Assembly (NCBI GenBank): GCA_039589315.1 | Contig: JBDHHQ010000142.1 | Coordinates: 1-12,043 of the forward strand | Reading direction: 5' to 3' | Length of the DNA: 12,043 nt | DNA from: Gemmatimonadota bacterium | Lineage (GTDB): Bacteria; Gemmatimonadota; Gemmatimonadetes; Longimicrobiales; Gaopeijiaceae | In this document: one piece after another, positions 1-6,796 of the stretch | Layout of the letters: every line of letters starts with the position of its first letter | Numbering within the stretch: the stretch's first letter is position 1 | The notes under the pieces: generated by a model | Databases searched by the model: none | What the model was told of the DNA's origin: nothing | The model's input: the letters and a program-made list of their open reading frames with translations, nothing else | Program-made: the position numbers and the translations under genes

Positions 1-259
1 CTCCTTTCCGGTTCCGGTCCTGCTCACGCAGGCCTCGGACTCCCGGGTTCATGTGACGATGAACAAGGAGCTTCCTCTTTCTCTTCCGGGCTGTCCACCC
101 CTCCGGACGCCCTCTGGTCGCCACAGTTCGCTTGGCGAGACTCGGCCAAGCGAGGCAGACGCCGGGGTGTGTCAGTCTGCGGGTTGGACCAGGGGTGAAG
201 GCGACGGGGCGGCCAAGGTCTCGCCCCGACCGCCCGCGTCACTCAACCTGCGGTGCCTG

Positions 260-715
260 CTATGCGACGCTGACCGTGATCTGCCGCGGCTTGGCTGCCT
301 CAACCTTCGGCAGCAGGACCGTCAACAGACCCGAATCGAACTTCGCGACGATGTCGTTTGCATCAATCGTCGCCGGCAAGGTGAACGAGCGTTCGAACAT
401 ACCGTAGGTGCGCTCGAACCGGTACACGTTGTCGTCCTGCCGCTCCTCTTCCTTCTTCTCGCCCCGGAGCGTGAGCACGTTGTTCTCCAGCGAGATGCTC
501 ACGTCTTCCGGCTTCACTCCCGGCAGCTCGGCCACGAGGCGGATCGTATCCCGCTCTTCTATGACGTCCACCGGAGGTATCCCGTGCCCGAACAGCGAGC
601 GGTCTTCATCCCGCTGGACCGCGGACTCGAGCATGTGCTCGTAGAGCTGGCCGAGGCGGTTCGGACGACGTGCGTCCAGAACCGGCCACGTGGGATTGAA
701 TCTCGTGATTTGCAT
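260..715 (-). CDS. Hsp20/alpha-crystallin family small heat shock protein
   Basis: 151 aa ORF with typical alpha-crystallin motifs (PPVDVIE, AELPGV..EDVSISLENNVLTLRGEK, ERTYGMFERSFTLP, I.AKFDSGLLTVLLPK). SD-like GGGAGGG at 729-723, 7 nt before the ATG. Confidence 0.96.
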   Translation of the reverse strand: MQITRFNPTWPVLDARRPNRLGQLYEHMLESAVQRDEDRSLFGHGIPPVDVIEERDTIRLVAELPGVKPEDVSISLENNVLTLRGEKKEEERQDDNVYRFERTYGMFERSFTLPATIDANDIVAKFDSGLLTVLLPKVEAAKPRQITVSVA

Positions 716-744
716 GGTCTTACCCTCCCTGGGGTGGGCCGCGC

Positions 745-1062
745 TTACCTGCGCGCGGCCGCTATGTTGTGGAATGTCGAGTTGGACACTTGGTAGGCAC
801 TGAGCTTGGGAGTCCCCTCGACCATGTTGCCCAGACTCTTCAGCACCTGAGGATACGTGTCGCGGCCATACGCATCCGCGTCTTCCTTCCTATCCCACAG
901 GCTGATGGCCACCGCTTCGTTGCGGTCGGCGTCGACGAACGTGATCTCGTCCTTGAAACCGCTCTGCTTGCGCAGCACGGGCAGGACGTCTGTTTCGACC
1001 CTGCGGGTGAAGTCAGCACCCGTTGCGGACCTGAGGTGCATCGTGACGTTTCGAGCGTACAT
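745..1062 (-). CDS. Small ABM (antibiotic biosynthesis monooxygenase)-like dimeric alpha/beta barrel protein, 105 aa
   Basis: ORF 745..1161 re-started at ATG 1062 (MYARNVTMHL...), which has GGGAG at 1073-1069; the longer start would overlap the promoter. Pattern VLPVLRKQSGFKDEITF...AVAISLWDRKEDADAY fits ABM-like folds. Ends 29 bp upstream of hsp20, so probably an operon. Confidence 0.8.
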   Translation of the reverse strand: MYARNVTMHLRSATGADFTRRVETDVLPVLRKQSGFKDEITFVDADRNEAVAISLWDRKEDADAYGRDTYPQVLKSLGNMVEGTPKLSAYQVSNSTFHNIAAARR

Positions 1063-1126
1063 GTGCGACTCCCGTGTGAAACCTACAAGAACCCTGCGAT
1101 GCCTACTGGTGATTTCCAGCTTGCCT

Positions 1127-1155
1127 AACCTAAGTGACTTTACTAAATTTGTCAA
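1127..1155 (-). promoter_or_regulatory. sigma70-type promoter for the ABM-like/hsp20 operon
   Basis: Minus strand reads TTGACA (1155-1150), a 17-nt spacer, then TAGGTT (1132-1127), within an AT-rich intergenic patch. Confidence 0.7.
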
Positions 1156-1228
1156 GTGCAATCCCAGGAAGATTACGCGTCTTTACATCATGAGTTAAGC
1201 ATAGTGAATCCCTTGGTGAGGACCTCCC

Positions 1229-2083
1229 ATGGACGTCTCATTCGCGATTCGAAAGCGGCTCGAGCTGCTGGGCTTCGGGCAAAAGGACCTCGCCCAGGCG
1301 GCTTGTGTGACCGAGTCATACATCTCCCAGTTGCTGACGCGGAAGAAGGCACCTCCGGCGCCGGACCGCACGGACATATATGACCGGATGGACAGCTTCC
1401 TGAAGCTGCCGCCCGGAGAGCTGGCGAGGCTCGCAGACTCCCAGCGGAAGGCCGAATTGAAGCGCCAGCTGGGGGACGAGCCGGCCCCCCTATTCTCCGA
1501 CGTCCGCGCGTTGATCCTGCGTAAATGCCGTCCCGAACGTGAACGAGAGGTCCGCGCGGTGTTCGAGAAGCAGCCCTTCGGCGAGCTCGAGCGCCTCGTG
1601 ACCCAGAAGCTGCTGGACGTCGTGAAGCGCGTGGCTGGCGTGGAGCTGCAGAATGAGCATTGGCTCCGTGACGTGGCGCGCCTGTTCGGCCGCAGCTTCG
1701 AAGAGATGCGCGTGATCGTGCTGGAGTTCCTCGATACCGACATCTTCCACCTGTCGGAGGAGCACTGCGTGTCCTTCCTGGAGCCGCTGATCGTGTCCTG
1801 GGACATCGACCTCGAGACGTTCGGACTCGAAATCGTCCTAGACCATCAGGTCGCTGCAGAACACATGCGACGGTTCGAGTTCCTCGAGCGTGGGCCCGAA
1901 GGCCCGGCCGAAGAGCCAGGGCTCCGCGAATTCCTGCAGGACCCGGCACTGAGCGGCGACGCCACGGCGGAGGAAGTGGAGTTTCTCGAGAAGCTGCGCT
2001 TCCAAGACAAGCGGCCCACGGCGCTCTATTATTACCGCGAGCTCCAGAGTTTGAGGGATCCACTCCACTTCCGAACTGCGTAA
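1229..2083 (+). CDS. XRE-family helix-turn-helix regulator with a long uncharacterised C-terminal region
   Basis: 284 aa; N-terminal HTH (IRKRLELLGFGQKDLAQAACVTESYISQLL). GAGGA SD at 1218-1222. Divergent from the ABM-like gene. Confidence 0.88.
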   Translation: MDVSFAIRKRLELLGFGQKDLAQAACVTESYISQLLTRKKAPPAPDRTDIYDRMDSFLKLPPGELARLADSQRKAELKRQLGDEPAPLFSDVRALILRKCRPEREREVRAVFEKQPFGELERLVTQKLLDVVKRVAGVELQNEHWLRDVARLFGRSFEEMRVIVLEFLDTDIFHLSEEHCVSFLEPLIVSWDIDLETFGLEIVLDHQVAAEHMRRFEFLERGPEGPAEEPGLREFLQDPALSGDATAEEVEFLEKLRFQDKRPTALYYYRELQSLRDPLHFRTA

Positions 2084-2259
2084 CGGCCCGTCATCAGCTT
2101 CGGGTTCGCCGGGGACCCCGCCGTACCGGCGGTGCTGTTCCGCACGTCGCTCGAAGACGATGGTTTCGGGCCGGAGGCGACCACGTCCTTCGACGTTCGA
2201 GAATGAGGGCAGGAGGTCTCCGGCCAGGCGAAGAGGCCGGCCGGGGGTCAGCCGTACCG

Positions 2260-2301
2260 GGACCAAGGTCGAGATCAACGGCCCATCGATCTCCTTGGTC
2301 C
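2260..2301. other. Stem-loop just distal (minus-strand downstream) to the tRNA-like 3' end of the rtT-like repeat; possible terminator
   Basis: GGACCAAG(2260-2267)/CTTGGTCC(2294-2301) plus GAGATC(2271-2276)/GATCTC(2288-2293). No U-tract. Confidence 0.4.
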
Positions 2302-2314
2302 TCGACCGGGAGAA

Positions 2315-2467
2315 CGGAGGGGGCGGGATTGAGCTGCGGGCGGGCTTCGCCCGTCCTCGCTCGTCTCGCGGAGAACCCGACGGACCGCTTGCGCGGACGC
2401 CATTTGGGCCGCTCGGCTCGGACCCGCTCCCGCGATCTTCTGCTAAGATCGCGCGCGGGTTCGAACG
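2315..2467 (-). repeat. rtT-like tRNA-linked structured repeat, copy A
   Basis: On + it begins CGGAGGGGGCGGGATT, the reverse complement of the tRNA-Ser 3' end. It diverges inside the T-loop (GATT-GAG), runs through several hairpins and ends GCGGGTTCGAACG. Homologous to 11871-12008. The layout recalls the tRNA-linked rtT repeats of E. coli tyrT. Confidence 0.65.
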
Positions 2468-2496
2468 TCTTGATCTCGTGCTCGCCCAAGACCTCG

Positions 2497-2584
2497 GAAC
2501 GGCTTGGGTCATAATAACGGAGGGGGGTGGGATTCGAACCGAACGGCTTGGGTCATAATAACGGAGGGGGGTGGGATTCGAACC
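2497..2584. repeat. Exact 44-bp tandem duplication containing the tRNA-Ser 3' end
   Basis: GAACGGCTTGGGTCATAATAACGGAGGGGGGTGGGATTCGAACC at 2497-2540 and 2541-2584. Confidence 0.95.
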
Positions 2585-2614
2585 CGCGTGGGCTTGCGCC
2601 CGCCGGTTTTCAAG
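2562..2614 (-). pseudogene. 3' half of tRNA-Ser(UGA), displaced att remnant 1
   Basis: Minus strand: CTTGAAA (anticodon loop, UGA), ACCGG, C, GGGC-GCAA-GCCC (long variable arm), AC, GCGGG-TTCGAAT-CCCAC, CCCCCTCC, G (G discriminator). The 5' half and CCA are absent. It has one T-stem mismatch and one extra C relative to copy 2. Confidence 0.88.
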
Positions 2615-2750
2615 TTCCGTCAGGTTTTCTGCGTCTGGTTGCGTCTGGTTGTATCTGGCTGCGGGGATTGACCTTTTCGATGTTGTCAGCGGTCGAGGCT
2701 TTGCGTCTGGTTGCGTCTGTTCTCATGGGGCGTTGGCAAAACGTTGGCAA
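2615..2750. repeat. Putative att arm, copy 1 (tyrosine-integrase arm-type and RDF-type repeats)
   Basis: GCGTCTGGTT x2 + GTATCTGGCT (2631-2660), two more decamers (2703-2721), and CGTTGGCAAAACGTTGGCAA (2731-2750). Homologous to 6662-6796; 2621-2667 is identical to 6668-6714. Confidence 0.75.
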
Positions 2751-3031
2751 ACGACGGGTGACGCTGCGCCCGATTACGGGAGCACAAGGAGTACCGCACC
2801 GGACTCGACGCCACGCTGACACGCAACCCACCAGGTCTCCGATGATCCCGGGGCGGTTCATGAGTGCTTAACACGAAGCACCGGAGGACATGCGTATGGT
2901 CCTGCCTCTTCCTCATGCTCGAGTCATCGCCCGGGCTTCCACAACTGCGGCATAGGTGACGTGTGCGCGCGGAGTCTACGGGGTAGCGATCGCCTGGTCG
3001 TCTACGTCGTCTTCGGCGGACGGTCCGGTGA

Positions 3032-3240
3032 ACACGAGAGCTCGACCATCTCGAGGCCCGGGAGGTGGTCGACGGCGAGCGGCATTACCGGCTGGTCCAC
3101 TTCTCGGCGTATCTGGGCGACGCCGACCGTATCGTGCAGCACCTCCGGGCATCGGTGGACGGAGGCTTCTTCAACGCGCCCTACATCGAGCGCGATCTCT
3201 TGCTGGACGGGGTCCGAGACGCGCCGGGCTTCGACGACGG
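3032..3240 (+). pseudogene. C-terminal fragment of a TPR-containing signalling protein
   Basis: Frame of ORF 3065..3289: DGERHYRLVHFSAYLGDADRIVQHLRASVDGGFFNAPYIERDLLLDGVRDAPGF. It resembles the terminal TPR + 'DPLL..LR..P.F' cap of TolB-like/TPR proteins (compare GPEFDLVRDHPRIQAL at the end of the neighbouring cyclase). In-frame stop at 3029 and no N-terminus. Confidence 0.55.
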
Positions 3241-3246
3241 TAGAAC

Positions 3247-3350
3247 ACCACGTAGTACAGAAGACCGGCCGCCTCACCCGAGTCGATGAGCGAGAGGATG
3301 TTCGGGTGGTTGAGCCGCGCCGAGATGCGGATCTCCTGCAGGAAGTGCTC
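3247..3350 (-). pseudogene. Internal fragment of a Hanks-type (Pkn2-like) Ser/Thr kinase, subdomains III-V
   Basis: EHFLQEIRISARLNHPNILSLIDSGEAAGLLYYV inside ORF 3171..3452. No Gly-loop, HRD or DFG motifs nearby. Confidence 0.85.
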
Positions 3351-3528
3351 GCACCGAGCGACTCCCCGATCGACAAGGACAGCGCAGAGGAGGAGGAGGA
3401 TGGACCCGTGAGATCGAGACGAGGTGTCCATCCGACCGCGTCCCTCGATCAATCTGTCCTCCTCTGGCCGGGCAGCGACGGTGAGCGCGATAGGGTTGAA
3501 CCAGCACTCACCCGGCGGCGGCCGTGAG

Positions 3529-5964
3529 TCAAGGATCCTCGGGCAGGACGTGGGCCCGGTCGATCAGCGCCTGAATGCGCGGATGGTCACGAACCAGGTC
3601 GAATTCGGGGCCCATGAGGGTAACCATGGGACGCACACCGGGAACGGAGAACACCCCTTCCATGGCGTCGGCGGCCTCCTCGGCCATACCCAGCTCGGCA
3701 TAGATGATCGAGCTGATCTCGAGCAGATCCCGACCGAAGGTGGGGTCGACTGTGATGGGCAGAATCTCCACCACCCGCTGCGCCTCCCGTATCGCTTCAA
3801 CCCTCCGGCCTAGCGCGGCGTAGGCCCGGCCCAGAGAGGCGTGGATGCGTGGGTCGCCCGGCGCAGCCTCCAGGGCATCGAGGCAGGCGTCCACGGCCCC
3901 CTGGAAGGCCCTTTCTGCCCGGCCCGGGTCGACGATCTTGTACGTCCAACCCTCGAGGAGGTCCCGGGGGGCCCACCAGAAGCCACCGAAGTCCAGCGTC
4001 GGCTGCTCGATTCTCTCCAGCGCCGCGATCTTGGCCTCGGGATCCTCAGTCATCAACCACTCGAAGAACCGCCTGAGTCCGAAGACCTCGACCTGCGGCG
4101 GCACCCTGGCCAGCGCCGCCAGCCCCGCCTCTCCCTCTCCCGTTCGGCGGTAGTTCAGCCACCCCCGGACGAAGGCGGCCTCAAAGAAAGTCGGATGGAC
4201 CTCCATGATGCGGTCGAAGACCACGTTCGCCTCGTCCCATCGTCCCAACTCTGCGTACGCACCGGCCAGATTCATGGCCATTTCGGGATTCATGGGGTCC
4301 AGGAGGGCGGCTCGTTCCCGGACGGCCAACGCAGCGTCCCACTGCCGCTGCCTGAGCAGAAGCTCGCTCTTCAGGGTCAGCACGTTGGCTGAGCCGGGCA
4401 GCCCCGCCTCGGCCACGGCGAGGGCCCGGGTCGCCTCCTCGGTCTCGTAGCGGTGGTAGTGGTAGAAGGCCCTGGCGAGATGGCCCTCTGGGAGCCCTGG
4501 ATTGAGGCGCAGCGCTTCTTCTGCAGCCTCCCGCGCTTGCACCAACCTGGCCTCGGTACGGTCGTACAAGAGGTAGACGAAGCTCTGGGTGATGGACAGC
4601 CAGGCATGGGCCAGGGCAAACTCGGGGTCCGCATCGGTCGCTGCCGTGAACATCGCGGCGGCGAACTCCAGGTCTGCAGGCTCGAACCCTCGCCGGGTGT
4701 GGGCTTCGATTCCCTGAAGGTGCAGCGTGTAGGCGTCCAGGTTCTCCGTGGGCACTTCTGCGATCAGGGCCTGTTCCGCGGGGACCGCCCGGGCCTGAAG
4801 GGCCCGGACGACCTGTTCGGCCAGGTCGCTCTGAATGTCGAATACGTTGGCGACCGTGAACTCCCGGTCGTAGATCTCGGCCCACAGATGTGTGTCCGTC
4901 TCCGCGTCGATGAGCTGAACGTTGAGTCGAACCTGGTCACCTGCACGCATTAGGCTGCCCTCGAGGACCGTCTGCGCACCCAGTTCCCCGCCGATCTCCG
5001 ACACGGTCTTTTCCGTTCCCGCGTACTGCATCACCGATGTGCGGGCGATCACGTCGAGGCTCGCGATCTTGGAGAGCTGGGTCAGGATCTCGTCATGAAG
5101 GCCCGCTGCGAGAAAGGCGGCTTCCCCTTCTTCCTGGGCACTCATGTTGACTAGCGGCAGGACAGCGATGACCGGTCGCTCCGAGGCCGCTGCGGCCGCG
5201 CCTTCCCCGGGGCCGAGGGAATCGACTGCCCGGCTTCCCGATGAGAAGACGGTGTACGCTCCGGCGGTGACGGCCAGCAGGAGGACGATTAGGAGGAGGC
5301 CGGCGCGCTTCTTGATGCGGTCGAGGAAGCGAGCCCCCGTCTGAGCGTGACTGGATTTCGGCCGGCGCGCCCCGTCCATCGGGGCTGTCGCGGCCGAACC
5401 CGGAACGACGCTCCTCCCCTCGGCCTTGGCACGCACGTACTCCTCGGTGGGAACGCTCAGACCCTCGTTGGCGACGGCGAAGACCGGTGTCAGTCGCTCA
5501 ACGTTCTTGAGGCGCACGGCTCCTAGGGGCACCGTTACGAGCTCGGGGTGATTCTTGATCTCGTCGAAGACCTTGTCCGAGATCACCACGCCGCCGGGTG
5601 CAGCGAGCCCCTCGACCCTGGACGCGACGTTCACACCGTCCCCGTACACCCCTTCCTGATCATGGACGATGTCACCGGTATGGACCCCGATTCGCAGCGG
5701 GATCAGCTCTTCATCCCTGAGGTTCGCCTGGATCTCAACTGCGCATTGCACCGCCTCGACGGCGCTGGGGAAGACGCTGAGGGTGCCGTCCCCGTAGTAC
5801 TGGAGGATTTCACCGTGGTGCGCATCCACGGCGGCATTCTGGATGGCTCGGTGCCGATCCCGTTGGACGCGGGCGCCCTCCTCATCCGACTGCATGAGGG
5901 CCGTGTACCCCACCATATCGGCGAACACGATGGCGGCGAGCCGCCGGGTGGGCGCATCTGGCAT
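3529..5964 (-). CDS. Class III nucleotide (adenylate/guanylate) cyclase domain + TM helix + TolB-like domain + TPR repeats
   Basis: 811 aa. Cyclase motifs FADMVGYT, YYGDG, LRIGVHTGD, YGDGVNVASRVE. Hydrophobic helix AGLLLIVLLLAVTAGAYTVF. TolB-like IAVLPLVNMS..GLHDEILTQLSKI..LDVIARTSVMQY..HLWAEIYDR. Many TPR units (e.g. DPEFALAHAWLS, LRLNPGLPEGH). Confidence 0.93.
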   Translation of the reverse strand: MPDAPTRRLAAIVFADMVGYTALMQSDEEGARVQRDRHRAIQNAAVDAHHGEILQYYGDGTLSVFPSAVEAVQCAVEIQANLRDEELIPLRIGVHTGDIVHDQEGVYGDGVNVASRVEGLAAPGGVVISDKVFDEIKNHPELVTVPLGAVRLKNVERLTPVFAVANEGLSVPTEEYVRAKAEGRSVVPGSAATAPMDGARRPKSSHAQTGARFLDRIKKRAGLLLIVLLLAVTAGAYTVFSSGSRAVDSLGPGEGAAAAASERPVIAVLPLVNMSAQEEGEAAFLAAGLHDEILTQLSKIASLDVIARTSVMQYAGTEKTVSEIGGELGAQTVLEGSLMRAGDQVRLNVQLIDAETDTHLWAEIYDREFTVANVFDIQSDLAEQVVRALQARAVPAEQALIAEVPTENLDAYTLHLQGIEAHTRRGFEPADLEFAAAMFTAATDADPEFALAHAWLSITQSFVYLLYDRTEARLVQAREAAEEALRLNPGLPEGHLARAFYHYHRYETEEATRALAVAEAGLPGSANVLTLKSELLLRQRQWDAALAVRERAALLDPMNPEMAMNLAGAYAELGRWDEANVVFDRIMEVHPTFFEAAFVRGWLNYRRTGEGEAGLAALARVPPQVEVFGLRRFFEWLMTEDPEAKIAALERIEQPTLDFGGFWWAPRDLLEGWTYKIVDPGRAERAFQGAVDACLDALEAAPGDPRIHASLGRAYAALGRRVEAIREAQRVVEILPITVDPTFGRDLLEISSIIYAELGMAEEAADAMEGVFSVPGVRPMVTLMGPEFDLVRDHPRIQALIDRAHVLPEDP

Positions 5965-6081
5965 GGGCGGGTGCCCTCGTGGAAACGGGAATGGCTCGAT
6001 GCGGGCACGGAGGGCGATGAAGACCGTCGACCCGTCCCGCCCTCAAAGATGCCGACCCCGATGAGAAAGCGGCAAGGCCAT

Positions 6082-6479
6082 CGAACCTGTCGTTAACCGA
6101 TGACGGGCTTGTCAGTCGCCGTTCGTGAATCCTGAAACGGGATGGTGCCGCAGCCACGGCCCGGGAGCCAAGGAGCGGCTCGTGGCGAAGGGGTGCTGAG
6201 GCGACCGCGCGAAAGCTGCGGGGGTCTGGGTTGGATCCCAACGACCTCCCTTCCCTACAGACTCACGAGGACGCCAATACGTGGCTCGAACGCAAAGGAC
6301 GTGCGGTGGCCACCCGGAAGGTGCCCCACAACGGGGCCCGTGCAGCCATCCAGCCTGTTGAGGCGTGGCTTTGGGCCGAGGGGGAGCGCGTAACGATGTC
6401 GATGATCGACGAGCTAAGGGCGGAGGTCGAGCGGCTAAAGGGGAAGACCGGGAACGGTGCGCCGCTTCGGCTGGGCTAA
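6082..6479 (+). pseudogene. Frameshifted relic of a Cys/His (HGGxSTG-like) N-terminal domain protein with a helical C-terminus; phage/satellite-like
   Basis: Joining frames gives RTCR*..DG/RACQSPFVNPETGWCRSHGPGAKERL/RRGAEATARKLRGSGLDPNDLPSLQTHEDANTWLERKGRAVATRK...IDELRAEVERLKG. One stop and at least two frameshifts. Confidence 0.5.
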
Positions 6480-6589
6480 CGACCAGGAACGTCCCCAGGA
6501 CGTTTGGCGTCGCCGGACGCCTGGCGAACCGCGCTGGGCGGGTAACATCTCCGCCGACCGAACAGGCAGGGGACATTGTCGTAGATGTG

Positions 6590-6599
6590 TAAGTCGTTG
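6590..6599 (-). promoter_or_regulatory. IHF-like core site next to the att core
   Basis: Minus strand CAACGACTTA matches the CAANNNNTTR core of WATCAANNNNTTR, 10 bp from the tRNA-half 3' end. The WAT part does not match. Confidence 0.4.
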
Positions 6600-6609
6600 T
6601 CCCACAAAA

Positions 6610-6661
6610 CGGAGGGGGTGGGATTCGAACCCACGTGTCCTTTCGGACGCCGGTTTTCAAG
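6610..6661 (-). pseudogene. 3' half of tRNA-Ser(UGA), displaced att remnant 2
   Basis: Minus strand: CTTGAAA, ACCGG, C, GTCC-GAAA-GGAC, AC, GTGGG-TTCGAAT-CCCAC, CCCCTCC, G. Perfect T arm and variable arm. The sequence 5' of the anticodon loop is non-tRNA arm DNA. Confidence 0.9.
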
Positions 6662-6796
6662 TTCCCACAGGTTTTCTGCGTCTGGTTGCGTCTGGTTGTA
6701 TCTGGCTGCGGGGACGGGGTTTTCGGGGTTGATCGCGGTCGGGGCTTTGCGTGTGGTTGCGTCTGTTCGCGGCGGGCGTTGGCAAAACGTTGGCAA
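6662..6796. repeat. Putative att arm, copy 2
   Basis: Decamers at 6678-6707 and 6749-6767, CGTTGGCAAAACGTTGGCAA at 6777-6796. Similarity to copy 1 stops abruptly after the last repeat. Confidence 0.75.

Larger units (their letters stand above)
2615..6661. mobile_element. Integrase-less mini genomic island (unit 1, 4047 bp) bounded by tRNA-Ser anticodon-loop att sites
   Basis: Delimited by two directly repeated tRNA-half + arm junctions 4047 bp apart. Contains one intact gene plus relics and no recognisable integrase. Confidence 0.7.

Noticed and set aside
205..228. Hairpin CGGGGCG/CGCCCCG downstream of hsp20 as an intrinsic terminator
   Set aside because: No U-tract. An AAAGGAG SD-like sequence at 7-1 on the minus strand suggests the operon may continue off the left edge.
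53..796. 247-aa + strand ORF and other long antisense ORFs over the real genes
   Set aside because: Shadow ORFs opposite well-supported genes, expected at high GC, with no domain signatures.
1063..1161. N-terminal extension of the ABM-like ORF (start 1161)
   Set aside because: It overlaps the TTGACA/TAGGTT promoter, while ATG 1062 has its own SD.
2562..2614. Functional, split or intron-containing tRNA-Ser gene (also 6610-6661)
   Set aside because: No 5' half (acceptor 5' strand, D arm, CCGGT anticodon stem) is found in the window, and the adjoining sequence is a repeat arm with no recognisable group I intron features.
2497..2750. CRISPR array
   Set aside because: The repeats are directly tandem or tRNA-derived with no unique regular spacers, and no cas genes are present.
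2862..2870. GAGTGCTTA resembling a CIRCE right half-site
   Set aside because: No TTAGCACTC left half 9 nt upstream, and it is far from hsp20.
1838..2919. Several 76-224 aa ORFs across the repeat/tRNA region, and similar ORFs at 6457-6953
   Set aside because: They are translations of non-coding repeats in GC-rich DNA; their mutual similarity (MGFEP...RRFSSS) only reflects the DNA repeat.
2890..2955. GGAGG followed by ATG and a 21-codon ORF
   Set aside because: Too short and no recognisable similarity; possibly a decayed gene start.
3529..5964. Pycsar/CBASS-type defence system
   Set aside because: No adjacent cyclic-nucleotide-binding effector gene; the TM-TolB-like-TPR architecture is typical of signalling cyclases.
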